DNA of 64,000 nt, taken from assembly GCA_001777575.1 (NCBI GenBank), contig MFEL01000018.1:72264-136263 (forward strand), in the 5' to 3' direction. The DNA comes from Candidatus Doudnabacteria bacterium RIFCSPHIGHO2_01_FULL_46_24. Its GTDB lineage: Bacteria > Patescibacteriota > Doudnabacteria > UBA920 > O2-02-FULL-48-8. The notes below the pieces were generated by a model. The model was given only the letters and a program-made list of their open reading frames with translations, did no database searches and was not told where the DNA came from. The position numbers and the translations under genes are program-made. Within the stretch, counting starts at the first letter, position 1. Every line of letters begins with the position of its first letter. Shown in pieces: positions 10,328 to 25,091 of this stretch.

Positions 10328-11196
10328 AATATCTTTGTGGTATTTGCGGCAGTGTAAGCCACCCTACCGAGGAACATATAAGCCTGATTGAGGAAGAAGC
10401 ACAGGCCAAACGAAAAGCCCCGCTGTCACACGCCCTGGATGTACTTGCCCGTTTGGATACGTCTCCTTCAACCCAGGAGACGATAGATTTCGTAAACCAG
10501 CCAGTGGAGGAATGGCTGAAGCAGACGAAAAACGCCTGGTTAAAAAAGACGATTTTGGCCGAAAGGAAGAAACACGAGTCACGGCGATTAGATACTTTAT
10601 ATTCTGAAGCTATATTGAAGTCAATGTACGGCAGATTGCATGATGCCGCAGAATCAAGGCCGAGAGGCATGACACACAAAGAATTTACAGCTTATCTCGT
10701 CAAAAAAATGAGAGAGTTAGAGCTTTTTCGCGGTTTCCATAGAATCTGGGCTAAAAATCTTAGCCGTTCAGAAATAGAAACCATATATTTCTATGCGCTT
10801 AAAGATGCCGAGGATTTGTTGAAAATGCTGGAAGTCGGGCCGGGGCCTAGCCGGGACGCTGCTAGCATAATAAGGCTGCTTCACCGGCGGGACGATTTGG
10901 ACGGCGTACAAATGATTTTACTTGATTGGGAGCAGGTCAACGATACAAATTTAGACGAATCTCACGCCAATAATAATTTATCAGCATTGATAAAAAAGAT
11001 AGATGAAGCTGGAGATAAAATAATGAGAGATTTGTCCGGCACCACAATGTCTTTCGCTGACGAAAGACTGGAGAGGATCGTGCGGCTTGATGCCTGGCAA
11101 GCGGAAGACAATGATTGGTGGCTGAGGCCGGCAAGTAAGAAAATAGACGAGGAAAATGAGCGGTTCTTGAAAGAATTTAATGATGAAACTCCCTAA
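10324..11196 (+). CDS. Hypothetical protein with N-terminal CxxC..H..H motif
   Basis: 290 aa; ATGA overlap with the upstream ORF. Confidence 0.65.
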   Translation: MKYLCGICGSVSHPTEEHISLIEEEAQAKRKAPLSHALDVLARLDTSPSTQETIDFVNQPVEEWLKQTKNAWLKKTILAERKKHESRRLDTLYSEAILKSMYGRLHDAAESRPRGMTHKEFTAYLVKKMRELELFRGFHRIWAKNLSRSEIETIYFYALKDAEDLLKMLEVGPGPSRDAASIIRLLHRRDDLDGVQMILLDWEQVNDTNLDESHANNNLSALIKKIDEAGDKIMRDLSGTTMSFADERLERIVRLDAWQAEDNDWWLRPASKKIDEENERFLKEFNDETP

Positions 11197-11232
11197 TTAT
11201 AAGACAGTAACCTGGCAGCTGCTGCCGAACTC

Positions 11233-11261
11233 TTGAAAATCTTGACTTTTTTTTGTATACT
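11233..11261 (+). promoter_or_regulatory. Sigma-70 promoter for tRNA-Glu
   Basis: TTGAAA-17 nt-TATACT just upstream of the tRNA. Confidence 0.55.
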
Positions 11262-11276
11262 ATCTGGGCTTATCAG

Positions 11277-11351
11277 GGCCTCATCGTCTAATGGTCAGGA
11301 CACCACGCTTTCAATGTGGTAATCCGGGTTCGATTCCCGGTGGGGCTGCCA
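11277..11351 (+). tRNA. tRNA-Glu (TTC)
   Basis: Cloverleaf: acceptor GGCCTCA/TGGGGCT, anticodon arm CCACG-CTTTCAA-TGTGG, T arm CCGGG-TTCGATT-CCCGG, encoded CCA. Confidence 0.95.
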
Positions 11352-11399
11352 CAAATCTAATTCTCGTATAATAAAATCAAACTAAGTAAACATGAGCAC

Positions 11400-12146
11400 A
11401 TGGAATCCGAAGAATCAAGGCAAAAAGAATGGGAGATCAGGACAGCCGAGCTGAAACCAATCGTGGACAGGACGAGAGACTTAGAAACTCTAGGAATCGA
11501 CGCTGTTTCGGAATATCAGGTCATGATTGCTGAATTTGGCAATGCGCTTCTGGCCAAATACCCCGATGCCCCTAAGTTTATGCTTTGGCATATTCTCGCA
11601 GGCAGCAGTCCTGACCCAAATAGCCCAACCTCTGACTTTGACACGCCAGAAGGATCAATAGAAAAATTTATTCGCAACAAACTTGGCGGACAGCAAGGCT
11701 TCATCATTGGCAAACTACTGAGTCTAATTGGATTGGCGCTGATACTTATGGTTCTTTTGTTTCTCTCGCGATTCGCGCAAGAAGGAGAAAACTTTTATCC
11801 CATGCGCGTTTTGGGCGAACAAATCGAATACTCGCTCATTCCGACTGAGAGTGGGAAGATCAATTACAAAATCGAACAGCTGGATGACAGCGCTTTCTCT
11901 TCGCGGAAATCCGCAGCACTTGACGATTTTGACAAAGTCAGACGAAACTCCGAAAAGTTCGTGGAAGAACGCCAAGAACTTCAAAAACGAGCCGAGAGCG
12001 TCCCCGATGAAAAAACCAAACAGGAACTCCAGGCCGGCCTTAATGCCGCGGTGGAAAACCAAATCTGCGCGTTAAACGATGCAATTGCCAAGGCTCCTGA
12101 GGAAGAACGGCAAAAGCTTCTGGAAATCCTGGCAAAATCGCAGTAA
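11400..12146 (+). CDS. Hypothetical membrane protein
   Basis: Central TM segment and helical C-terminus. Confidence 0.6.
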   Translation: MESEESRQKEWEIRTAELKPIVDRTRDLETLGIDAVSEYQVMIAEFGNALLAKYPDAPKFMLWHILAGSSPDPNSPTSDFDTPEGSIEKFIRNKLGGQQGFIIGKLLSLIGLALILMVLLFLSRFAQEGENFYPMRVLGEQIEYSLIPTESGKINYKIEQLDDSAFSSRKSAALDDFDKVRRNSEKFVEERQELQKRAESVPDEKTKQELQAGLNAAVENQICALNDAIAKAPEEERQKLLEILAKSQ

Positions 12147-12157
12147 ATGCGAAATTC

Positions 12158-12325
12158 CTAAAAGCCCGGCCATAATTGGACGGGCTTTTAGCAAAAGTGT
12201 GATTCTGCCATTTTGTTTCGAACGTTATTTTTGTTGTTTTTGCAGGCTTAACCGCCTGTGAGTTTACGTTAGAATCAGCAGAATTCACACTTGCGCGGCA
12301 ACTGATTCATCCGTATAATCCTTTC
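12158..12325 (-). ncRNA. Candidate structured ncRNA (rod with internal bubbles)
   Basis: Long-range complementarity between 12191-12208 and 12278-12294, inner hairpins, terminal hairpin 12158-12191, and TTGACA upstream on the minus strand at 12354-12359. Confidence 0.3.
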
Positions 12326-12367
12326 ATATTAACTCTAGCCCTTCCATATAATTTGTCAAGCAATGAA

Positions 12368-12487
12368 TCCCGTTAGAAATTGGTTGCGCTTAATCGGTAA
12401 TAGGGCGCAATGATAATAATTTTAGTTAAGTCTAGATAGAGCATATTGCATATATTAAAGCCGGAGGTTAATCTATTTCTAACAGGA
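12368..12487. mobile_element. 120-bp MITE-like element, copy 1
   Basis: TIRs TCCCGTTAGAAAT / ATTTCTAACAGGA with TGAA on both sides; homologous in reverse orientation to 46825-46944. Confidence 0.75.
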
Positions 12488-12945
12488 TGAAAATCACAAG
12501 CCCCGCGTTTGAGCACGGCGATATTATCCCCCAAACTTACACTTGCGACGGAATGGACATCAGCCCCCCGCTGTTGTTTATTGACGTCCCGAAAGAAGCC
12601 CAAAGCCTGGCCTTGATTATGGAAGACCCGGACGTGCCCAAGACCATCCGGCCGGACGGCTTGTGGGTGCATTGGCTGGTCTGGGACATGCCGTCGGACG
12701 TCGCGGAAATTCCGGAAGGAGTAGAAGCGCCAGGGGTGATTGGGCAGAATACTTCAGGCGAAGCGCGCTACCATGGCCCTTGTCCGCCCCAGGCCGAGCA
12801 TCGCTATTTCTTCAAGTTGTTCGCGCTGGATATAAATTTAACCGAAGCCCGCATCGCCAGCCGCGAGGATTTTTTCGCCGCCATGGCAGGACATATCTTG
12901 GCTGAAACGGAACTGATGGGCAAATACAACCGACAAAAAACATGA
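12487..12945 (+). CDS. YbhB/YbcL family (PEBP/Raf kinase inhibitor-like) protein
   Basis: YTCDGMDISPPL, DPDVP..WVHW and YHGPCPP..HRYFFKLFALD. Confidence 0.93.
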   Translation: MKITSPAFEHGDIIPQTYTCDGMDISPPLLFIDVPKEAQSLALIMEDPDVPKTIRPDGLWVHWLVWDMPSDVAEIPEGVEAPGVIGQNTSGEARYHGPCPPQAEHRYFFKLFALDINLTEARIASREDFFAAMAGHILAETELMGKYNRQKT

Positions 12946-13664
12946 AACCGAAATATTTTTTAGTCGTTGTTGCCTTTATCACAGCAGGCTTGTTGGCGAC
13001 TATAAACCAGGAGCCTCCTGCGCAAAACCTACCCGACGCAATCAGTTATGAGCAAACTGCTCAACCGGTAGCCACAGGAATCCAAATTGAGCAACTGCCG
13101 GATGAGGTCAACCTGGCAGTGCCGTTTACCAGCCAGGCGCCTCATAAAATTTGGGATGAAGAGCATAATGAATTCTGCGAAGAGGCTTCAGTGCTCATGG
13201 CCGCCCACTACATTCAAGGACTGCTCATTGCCAATGCTGACTACGCAGAGGAGCAGCTGCAAAAAATCAAGAACTGGGAAATCATAACGCTTGGATTTCA
13301 CAAAGACACGACCGCGCAAGAAACTTCCAGAATATTGACCGAATATTTTGACATCGAAAATGTCAAACTGCTCCGAGACCCAGATTTGGATCAAATCAGG
13401 AAATTCTTGGCCGAGGGTAAACTGATCGTCACACCGGCCGCTGGCCGCCTGCTCGGCAATCCCAATTTTCACAGTCCAGGACCCTTGTACCACATGCTGG
13501 TCATCAAAGGCTATACCCAAGACGGCAAGTTGATCACCAATGACCCAGGTACCCGCAAAGGAGCTGACTATATTTACGACCCGGAAGTCATCATGAACGC
13601 CATGCATGATTGGAATGACGGCGACGTATACAATGGACAAAAAATCGTGATTATTATTGGGTAA
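12942..13664 (+). CDS. Peptidase C39-like family protein
   Basis: VPFTSQAP, CEEAS, YHMLVIKGY and NDPG; N-terminal signal/anchor. Confidence 0.85.
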   Translation: MKPKYFLVVVAFITAGLLATINQEPPAQNLPDAISYEQTAQPVATGIQIEQLPDEVNLAVPFTSQAPHKIWDEEHNEFCEEASVLMAAHYIQGLLIANADYAEEQLQKIKNWEIITLGFHKDTTAQETSRILTEYFDIENVKLLRDPDLDQIRKFLAEGKLIVTPAAGRLLGNPNFHSPGPLYHMLVIKGYTQDGKLITNDPGTRKGADYIYDPEVIMNAMHDWNDGDVYNGQKIVIIIG

Positions 13665-13669
13665 CAAAC

Positions 13670-14689
13670 ATGAGAATCCTAGCGATCGAAACCAGTTGTG
13701 ATGAAACCGCCGCTGCGGTCATTGAAAACGGCAGGGTCAAATCCAATATCATCGCTTCCCAAGCCAAGCTCCACGGCAAGTATGGCGGCGTGGTGCCGGA
13801 GGTGGCTGCTCGCGAGCATGTGCCCGCCATAATCCCCACGATCAAGCTGGCTTTGAAAGATGCCAAACTCAGCTTAAAACAAATTGATGCAATTGCGGTT
13901 ACGCAGGGACCGGGACTTATGACGTCGCTCATGGTCGGAGTGGATACTGCCAGGGCTTTGGGGGTGGCTTTGGGCAAACCTGTGATTCCGGTCAATCATT
14001 TGGAAGGGCATATCTACGCGAACTTCACGTATCACGTATCACGTAACACATATCATATCTTTCCCGCGCTCATCCTCATCGTCTCTGGAGGACACACGCT
14101 TCTTGTCCTCATGAAAAATCACGGCAAGCTAAAAATCGTCGGCGAAACCGTGGATGACGCGGCGGGCGAGGCCTTTGACAAAACCGCCAAGCTTCTGGGC
14201 CTCGGTTATCCTGGAGGTCCGGCGCTTGCCAAGCTGGCAAAACAGGGCAACCCTCAAGCTTTTAATTTTCCCCGCCCCATGATCAATTCCAAAAATCTAG
14301 ATTTCAGTTTCTCTGGCCTTAAAACCGCCGTGCTTTATAAAATCACGAAACATGTACCACGCAACATGTATCATAAAACTAATCTTGCCGCCTCTATCCA
14401 GCAAGCCATTATAGACGTCCTGATTGCCAAAACCGAACAGGCTATCAAAAAATACCGCCCGAAAACCATCATGCTCGGCGGCGGCGTGGCGGCAAATAAT
14501 CTTTTGCGCCAGCGCTATCAACTATTATCTATCAACTACCAACTAAACGTAACCATCCCGGCTTTGGAATACTGCACCGACAACGCCGCCATGATCGGCT
14601 TGGTTGCTTACTATAAGATCAAAGGTCAAAGATCAAAGGTCAAAAAATACGGACCATTCTCCGCAGACCCGCACCTTATGTTAAAATAA
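13670..14689 (+). CDS. tsaD: tRNA N6-threonylcarbamoyltransferase
   Basis: ILAIETSCDET, HLEGH, VSGGHT, DDAAGEAFDK and CTDNAAMI. Confidence 0.97.
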   Translation: MRILAIETSCDETAAAVIENGRVKSNIIASQAKLHGKYGGVVPEVAAREHVPAIIPTIKLALKDAKLSLKQIDAIAVTQGPGLMTSLMVGVDTARALGVALGKPVIPVNHLEGHIYANFTYHVSRNTYHIFPALILIVSGGHTLLVLMKNHGKLKIVGETVDDAAGEAFDKTAKLLGLGYPGGPALAKLAKQGNPQAFNFPRPMINSKNLDFSFSGLKTAVLYKITKHVPRNMYHKTNLAASIQQAIIDVLIAKTEQAIKKYRPKTIMLGGGVAANNLLRQRYQLLSINYQLNVTIPALEYCTDNAAMIGLVAYYKIKGQRSKVKKYGPFSADPHLMLK

Positions 14690-14693
14690 AATC

Positions 14694-16865
<2,172 letters not shown>

Positions 16866-16887
16866 AGAGCTAACCCTAGGCCGGTTC

Positions 16888-16924
16888 AACGCCTCACATG
16901 GTATGTGAGGCGTTAACTTTTTTA
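16888..16924 (+). terminator. Rho-independent terminator after valS
   Basis: AACGCCTCACAT-ggt-ATGTGAGGCGTT 12-bp stem followed by a T run. Confidence 0.65.
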
Positions 16925-16937
16925 TCAAGGCTAAACA

Positions 16938-16979
16938 ACATTCTACCTTTTTGCCCGTACGGGCAAAAAGGTAGAATGT
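16938..16979. repeat. Perfect 42-bp palindrome
   Basis: ACATTCTACCTTTTTGCCCGTACGGGCAAAAAGGTAGAATGT is its own reverse complement. Confidence 0.9.
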
Positions 16980-17111
16980 CAAATATGGTCGACTCTGGCG
17001 GAAAGGGTGGTGATAAATTGGCTGATGCCTAATTCGTTCGCCATTCCGGATCCCGCCGACGCCAAAGCTTTGGCGGGCAGGCAAGTCCGGGGTGATTTTG
17101 CCAAGGCAAAA

Positions 17112-17594
17112 TCATCTAAATTTAACCGGGATGGCGAACGAGGCATCATGCTCCGGCAATCCGGAGGGGTTGTCTTTTTCGATGATGAGGCGACCAAATT
17201 CGGTTTCCGGCTGGGTAAATTCCAAGACATCCTCAAAAGGCACGTACTCTTCAGTCATCCAGCCTGCCCCGTACCCAGACGAAGTCTGTGGTTCGGGGTC
17301 TCCCTTTGCCTGGAAACCCTTCTGGGCTAAGATTTTTCCATCCTGGTCTTCCAAGCGCGCCGGCAAATTGGCTTCAAAATACCAAGTGCCCCGCGCCTTG
17401 CCCGAAACCTGCATGGGGCTAGTCACCAGCTGGCCCCAAGTCGGAGTGTCAATAATCACTTCCGGGTTTTCCTGCCCCTCTGGAGTGACTTCCGGCTCCT
17501 GCTTACTGGGGGCAAAATACAGCACAGCTAGGGCCAACGCGACCAATAAGAACACTTTGACGATATTTCTCATGGCACCATTATAACCCTGCAA
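17112..17594 (-). CDS. Gmad2 immunoglobulin-like domain protein
   Basis: VSGKARGTWYFEAN, WMTEEYVPF and KDNPSGLPE; signal/anchor. Start probably at MRNIVK. Confidence 0.8.
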   Translation of the reverse strand: MQGYNGAMRNIVKVFLLVALALAVLYFAPSKQEPEVTPEGQENPEVIIDTPTWGQLVTSPMQVSGKARGTWYFEANLPARLEDQDGKILAQKGFQAKGDPEPQTSSGYGAGWMTEEYVPFEDVLEFTQPETEFGRLIIEKDNPSGLPEHDASFAIPVKFR

Positions 17595-17654
17595 AAAAAT
17601 AAAGCAACCCGAGTATTTCCCCGGGTTGTTACATGATACGTGTTACGACGTGGC

Positions 17655-20600
17655 CTACGCGTTATCCGCAGCTTCTGCCGCCTCTTTTTCGCCCAAAGCC
17701 TCCGGCCGATAGCCTGTGCCGGCTGGGATCAGCTTGCCGATGATGACGTTTTCTTTCAAGCCCCGTAAGTAATCGGTCTTGGCCGTGATGGCCGCTTCAA
17801 TCAAAACGCGGGTGGTTTCCTGGAACGACGCGGCGGCCAGAAACGATTCAGTATTTAGCGATGACTTGGTGATGCCCATCAGCAGCTGCTCTATCTGCGC
17901 TCCCTTACTCTTGCCGACTTTTTGGTTAGCCAAAGCCAGCCTGGATTTATCAATAATGTCCCCGATAGTCAATTCGGTACTGCCCGCATCAGCTACCCGG
18001 ACCTTGGAAAACATCTGTCTGACAATAATTTCAATATGTTTTTCATTGACATTCTGCCCCTGCGACGCGTAAATTTGTTGGACTTCTTTAATAATGTAAT
18101 CTTGGCAGGCTTCAATGCCTTTGAGGTGAAACAACTGGTGCAGGTTGAGGTTGCCTTCGGAAAGCGGCTGGCCTTGGGCCACCAGATCCCCTTCCTTCAC
18201 AATCAAGCCTAGGCCGGTTGGGACAGTGTACTCCTTAAAGCTTTCTGATTCGCGCACCACAGTCAGTTTGCCCTCAGACAACTTAACCACGCCCGATGCC
18301 GTGGCTTTTTCCATGCTCCCGGAGGCGCTGGTAAACAACGGATCGCCTTCCGACACGCTCTCTCCATCCTTGAGCTGCAGCTTGCTGTGGGCAGGGAGCG
18401 GATATTCGTCTTTGGCCACTTCTTTAGCATCGATCTTGATAACCGATTCTTTGCTCGAGGATTTGACCGACGAGACGAATCCATCAATTTCTGAAATGGC
18501 GGCTTGCCCTTTGGGCTCGCGCGCTTCCAATAACTCTTCCACGCGTGGCAAGCCCTGGGTGATGTCCAAGCCGGCCACGCCGCCGGTATGGAATGTTCTC
18601 ATGGTCAGCTGGGTGCCCGGCTCGCCAATGGCTTGGGCCGCCACAATGCCTACGGCCGCGCCCAAAGACACGGGCTTGTTGAACCCCAGGTCAAAGCCAT
18701 AGCATTTGCCGCACACGCCGCGAGTGAGGTGGCAGCGCAGCACCGTGCGCACTTCCACTTCCGAAGCGGAAGATTTATCAATCATTTCCGCGGTCTTGTC
18801 ATCAATGAAGCCACCAGCTTCCAAAAGCACTTTGCCGGAGGCGTCCAGAACATCTGAGGCTGCCACGCGGCCAAAAATCCGGCGATGCAACGGCCGGCCA
18901 AGGGCTTCGGACTGGGCACGCGTGATTATCCGGCCCTCTTTCGTCCCGCAATCTTCACCGTTAACCACAATATCCTGCGCCACATCCACCAAACGACGGG
19001 TAAGATAACCTGCGTCAGCGGTGCGGAGCGCCGTATCAGTCATCCCTTTTCTTGAACCATGAGTGGAAATGAAATATTCCAAAATATTCAAACCTTCCTT
19101 AAACGAATCTCGGGCCGGCAGCTCGATAACCTCGCCCGCCGGGTTAGTCACCAAGCCCTTCATGCCGGCCATCTGGGCAATCTGCGAAACCGATCCTCTA
19201 GCCCCGGAATTGACCATGGAATATACCGAACCGAATTCATCCAGCGTGCTGGTAATCGCTTCCGTCACCCTATCCCGCACCTCGGCCCAGATTTCTATGA
19301 CGCGGTTGTAGCGCTCCGAAGCGGTCAGCAAGCCTTGCTGGTACTGCTCGAAGGTTTTGAGCACTTCTTCGTCGGCTTTCCTAAGCAGCTCGGCTTTGAT
19401 TTGCGGCACGCGCAAATCATCCATGCCCCAGGAAATTCCAGATTTGGTGACATAATGGAAACCCAAACGCTTGATATCGTCCAAAAGCTCGCTGGTCCGC
19501 TCAATCCCATAGTCCCGGTAGCAGACTGCCACTGCCTGCTGCAGCCGTTTCTTATCCATGACATCGTTTAGGAAGCGCATGCTTTGCGGCAGAACTTCGT
19601 TAAACATCACTCTCCCGACACAAGTCTCAATTATGCCCTTGGCTCCCCATTGGCCGCCAAGCCTGATTTTAACTTTGGCCTTGAGACTGATGACATCCGA
19701 TCGGTAGGCCAGAATTGCTTCTTCGGCCGAGGCGAAAATTTTGCCTTCGCCCCGCTCGCCGGGCCTGATCTTCGTCAGCCAGTAACAGCCCAAGACCATA
19801 TCCTGGTTTGGTCCCATGATCGGCTCGCCCGAAGCTGGCTTCAACAAATTCTTAGACGAAAGCATGATATTGCGCGCTTCATCCTGGGCCGCGGTAGTCA
19901 AGGAAACGTGCACGGCCATCTGATCGCCGTCGAAATCCGCGTTAAATGCCGGACAAACCAAGGGGTGGATTTGGATGGCTTTGCCCTCAATCAAAACCGG
20001 CAGAAAGGCCTGGAAGCCCAGGCGGTGCAGAGTCGGCGCGCGGTTAAGCAAGACATAGTGGTCTTTGGTCACCTCTTCCAAGATGTCATAAACCTCGGTC
20101 CGGCCCTGTTCGATCAGGCGGTTGGCCGAACGGACATTGTGGGCATATTCGCGTTGGATGAGTTTGGAAATCACGAACGGTTTGAACAGTTCCAAAGCCA
20201 TTTTCTTGGGCAGTCCACACTGGTGCAGTTTAAGGCTGGGGCCGCCGACGATGACGCTGCGGCCGGAATAATCCACGCGCTTGCCCAAAAGATTCTGGCG
20301 AAAACGCCCCTGTTTGCCCTTGAGCATGTCGGCTAACGAGCGGAGTTTGCGTTTCTGGCCGGTCGAGGCCGTGACTTCTTTGCCGTGGCGGATGGAGTTG
20401 TCAATCAGCGCGTCCACCGCTTCCTGCAGCATGCGCTTTTCGTTGCGGGTAATAACTTCAGGTGCGCCGATTTCCAAAAGTTTTTTGAGGCGGTTGTTGC
20501 GGTTAATGACGCGGCGGTACAAGTCGTTTAGGTCAGAGGCAGCGAACCGGCCGCCGTCGAGCTGAACCATCGGCCGCAAATCCGGCGGAATCACCGGCAG

Positions 20601-21518
20601 GTTTTGAATAATCATCCATTCGGGACGAATCCCGGCTTTGATCATGGATTTCACCAGCTTGAGCCGACGAGTCAATTTTCGATAACTAACCCCCTCGGCT
20701 GTGGCGGTCTCCTCTTGCAGTTGCAAAAATAGTTTCTCTAAATCGATCTCTTCTAAAAGCTGGGAGACGGCAGAAGCCCCAATCCCGGCTTGAAACACGG
20801 GCCCATATTTCAGTGACAAGTCCCGGTATTCCAGTTCGGAGATAATTTGATACTTCTTGATCGATTTCAACTCTGAGCGGGCCAACTCGCGGATGGATTC
20901 CAAATGCTCCGATTCGTGAGCGAGCATATCAGTCAGCCTCACAACTTCCGCGTTCTCCGTCTCTTTTTCTCCCGATTTGCTTTTTGACCTGGCTTGGTTG
21001 ATCAAAACCTCATACCTAGTCTCGATTTCTTTTTTCTTGCCCTTAAACTCCCGCTCAATCTGCTCGGCGATTTGCGCGCGGGCATCCTCGTCGACGTTGG
21101 TTATGACATAAGAGGCAAAGTAGACGACTTTCTCCAACTCCTGCACCGACAGATCCAAAATTAACCCGATGCGCGAGGGCACGCCGCGCAAAAACCAGAT
21201 GTGCGTAACCGGGGAGGCCAGCTTGATGTGCCCCATCCGCTCGCGCCGCACGGCCGAGCGCGTCACCTCCACCCCGCACTTGTCACAAATTATCCCTTTG
21301 TAGCGGATGCGCTTATACTTGCCGCAATAGCATTCCCAATCCTTGATTGGTCCAAAAATTTTCTCGTCAAACAAGCCGTCCTTCTCCGGACGCTGGGTGC
21401 GATAGTTGATCGTCTCCGGCTTCGTGACTTCCCCGTAAGACCAATTGAGAATATCCTGAGGAGAGGCCAATTTGAGCCTGACGGCTTTGAATTCTTCTGT
21501 TGCTTGGATAGCGCTCAT
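17655..21518 (-). CDS. rpoC: RNA polymerase beta' subunit
   Basis: NADFDGDQMAVH catalytic motif and zinc finger CYCGKYK...CDKC. Confidence 0.99.
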   Translation of the reverse strand: MSAIQATEEFKAVRLKLASPQDILNWSYGEVTKPETINYRTQRPEKDGLFDEKIFGPIKDWECYCGKYKRIRYKGIICDKCGVEVTRSAVRRERMGHIKLASPVTHIWFLRGVPSRIGLILDLSVQELEKVVYFASYVITNVDEDARAQIAEQIEREFKGKKKEIETRYEVLINQARSKSKSGEKETENAEVVRLTDMLAHESEHLESIRELARSELKSIKKYQIISELEYRDLSLKYGPVFQAGIGASAVSQLLEEIDLEKLFLQLQEETATAEGVSYRKLTRRLKLVKSMIKAGIRPEWMIIQNLPVIPPDLRPMVQLDGGRFAASDLNDLYRRVINRNNRLKKLLEIGAPEVITRNEKRMLQEAVDALIDNSIRHGKEVTASTGQKRKLRSLADMLKGKQGRFRQNLLGKRVDYSGRSVIVGGPSLKLHQCGLPKKMALELFKPFVISKLIQREYAHNVRSANRLIEQGRTEVYDILEEVTKDHYVLLNRAPTLHRLGFQAFLPVLIEGKAIQIHPLVCPAFNADFDGDQMAVHVSLTTAAQDEARNIMLSSKNLLKPASGEPIMGPNQDMVLGCYWLTKIRPGERGEGKIFASAEEAILAYRSDVISLKAKVKIRLGGQWGAKGIIETCVGRVMFNEVLPQSMRFLNDVMDKKRLQQAVAVCYRDYGIERTSELLDDIKRLGFHYVTKSGISWGMDDLRVPQIKAELLRKADEEVLKTFEQYQQGLLTASERYNRVIEIWAEVRDRVTEAITSTLDEFGSVYSMVNSGARGSVSQIAQMAGMKGLVTNPAGEVIELPARDSFKEGLNILEYFISTHGSRKGMTDTALRTADAGYLTRRLVDVAQDIVVNGEDCGTKEGRIITRAQSEALGRPLHRRIFGRVAASDVLDASGKVLLEAGGFIDDKTAEMIDKSSASEVEVRTVLRCHLTRGVCGKCYGFDLGFNKPVSLGAAVGIVAAQAIGEPGTQLTMRTFHTGGVAGLDITQGLPRVEELLEAREPKGQAAISEIDGFVSSVKSSSKESVIKIDAKEVAKDEYPLPAHSKLQLKDGESVSEGDPLFTSASGSMEKATASGVVKLSEGKLTVVRESESFKEYTVPTGLGLIVKEGDLVAQGQPLSEGNLNLHQLFHLKGIEACQDYIIKEVQQIYASQGQNVNEKHIEIIVRQMFSKVRVADAGSTELTIGDIIDKSRLALANQKVGKSKGAQIEQLLMGITKSSLNTESFLAAASFQETTRVLIEAAITAKTDYLRGLKENVIIGKLIPAGTGYRPEALGEKEAAEAADNA

Positions 21519-21589
21519 GGAGATTGATTAATTACGGATTAACGAATTACGAATTGGCAATTCGTTAATTCGCAATCCGCAATTGAATT

Positions 21590-24940
<3,351 letters not shown>

Positions 24941-25091
24941 AAAAGAATGTAAAATATTGACAGAAAAAAGGGCTAACTTTAGCCATTTTTCGCGATATGA
25001 GACACAAAAATAACCTCTTTTTGCGCATATGCAAAAAGAGCCGCGGAGGCTTTAATTTCTTATTAAATTATAAGTCACATCTATATATTAC

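Noticed and set aside
12190-12260. tmRNA tag-like reading in the candidate ncRNA
   Set aside because: No tRNA-like ends and no Ala-Ala-stop tag ending.
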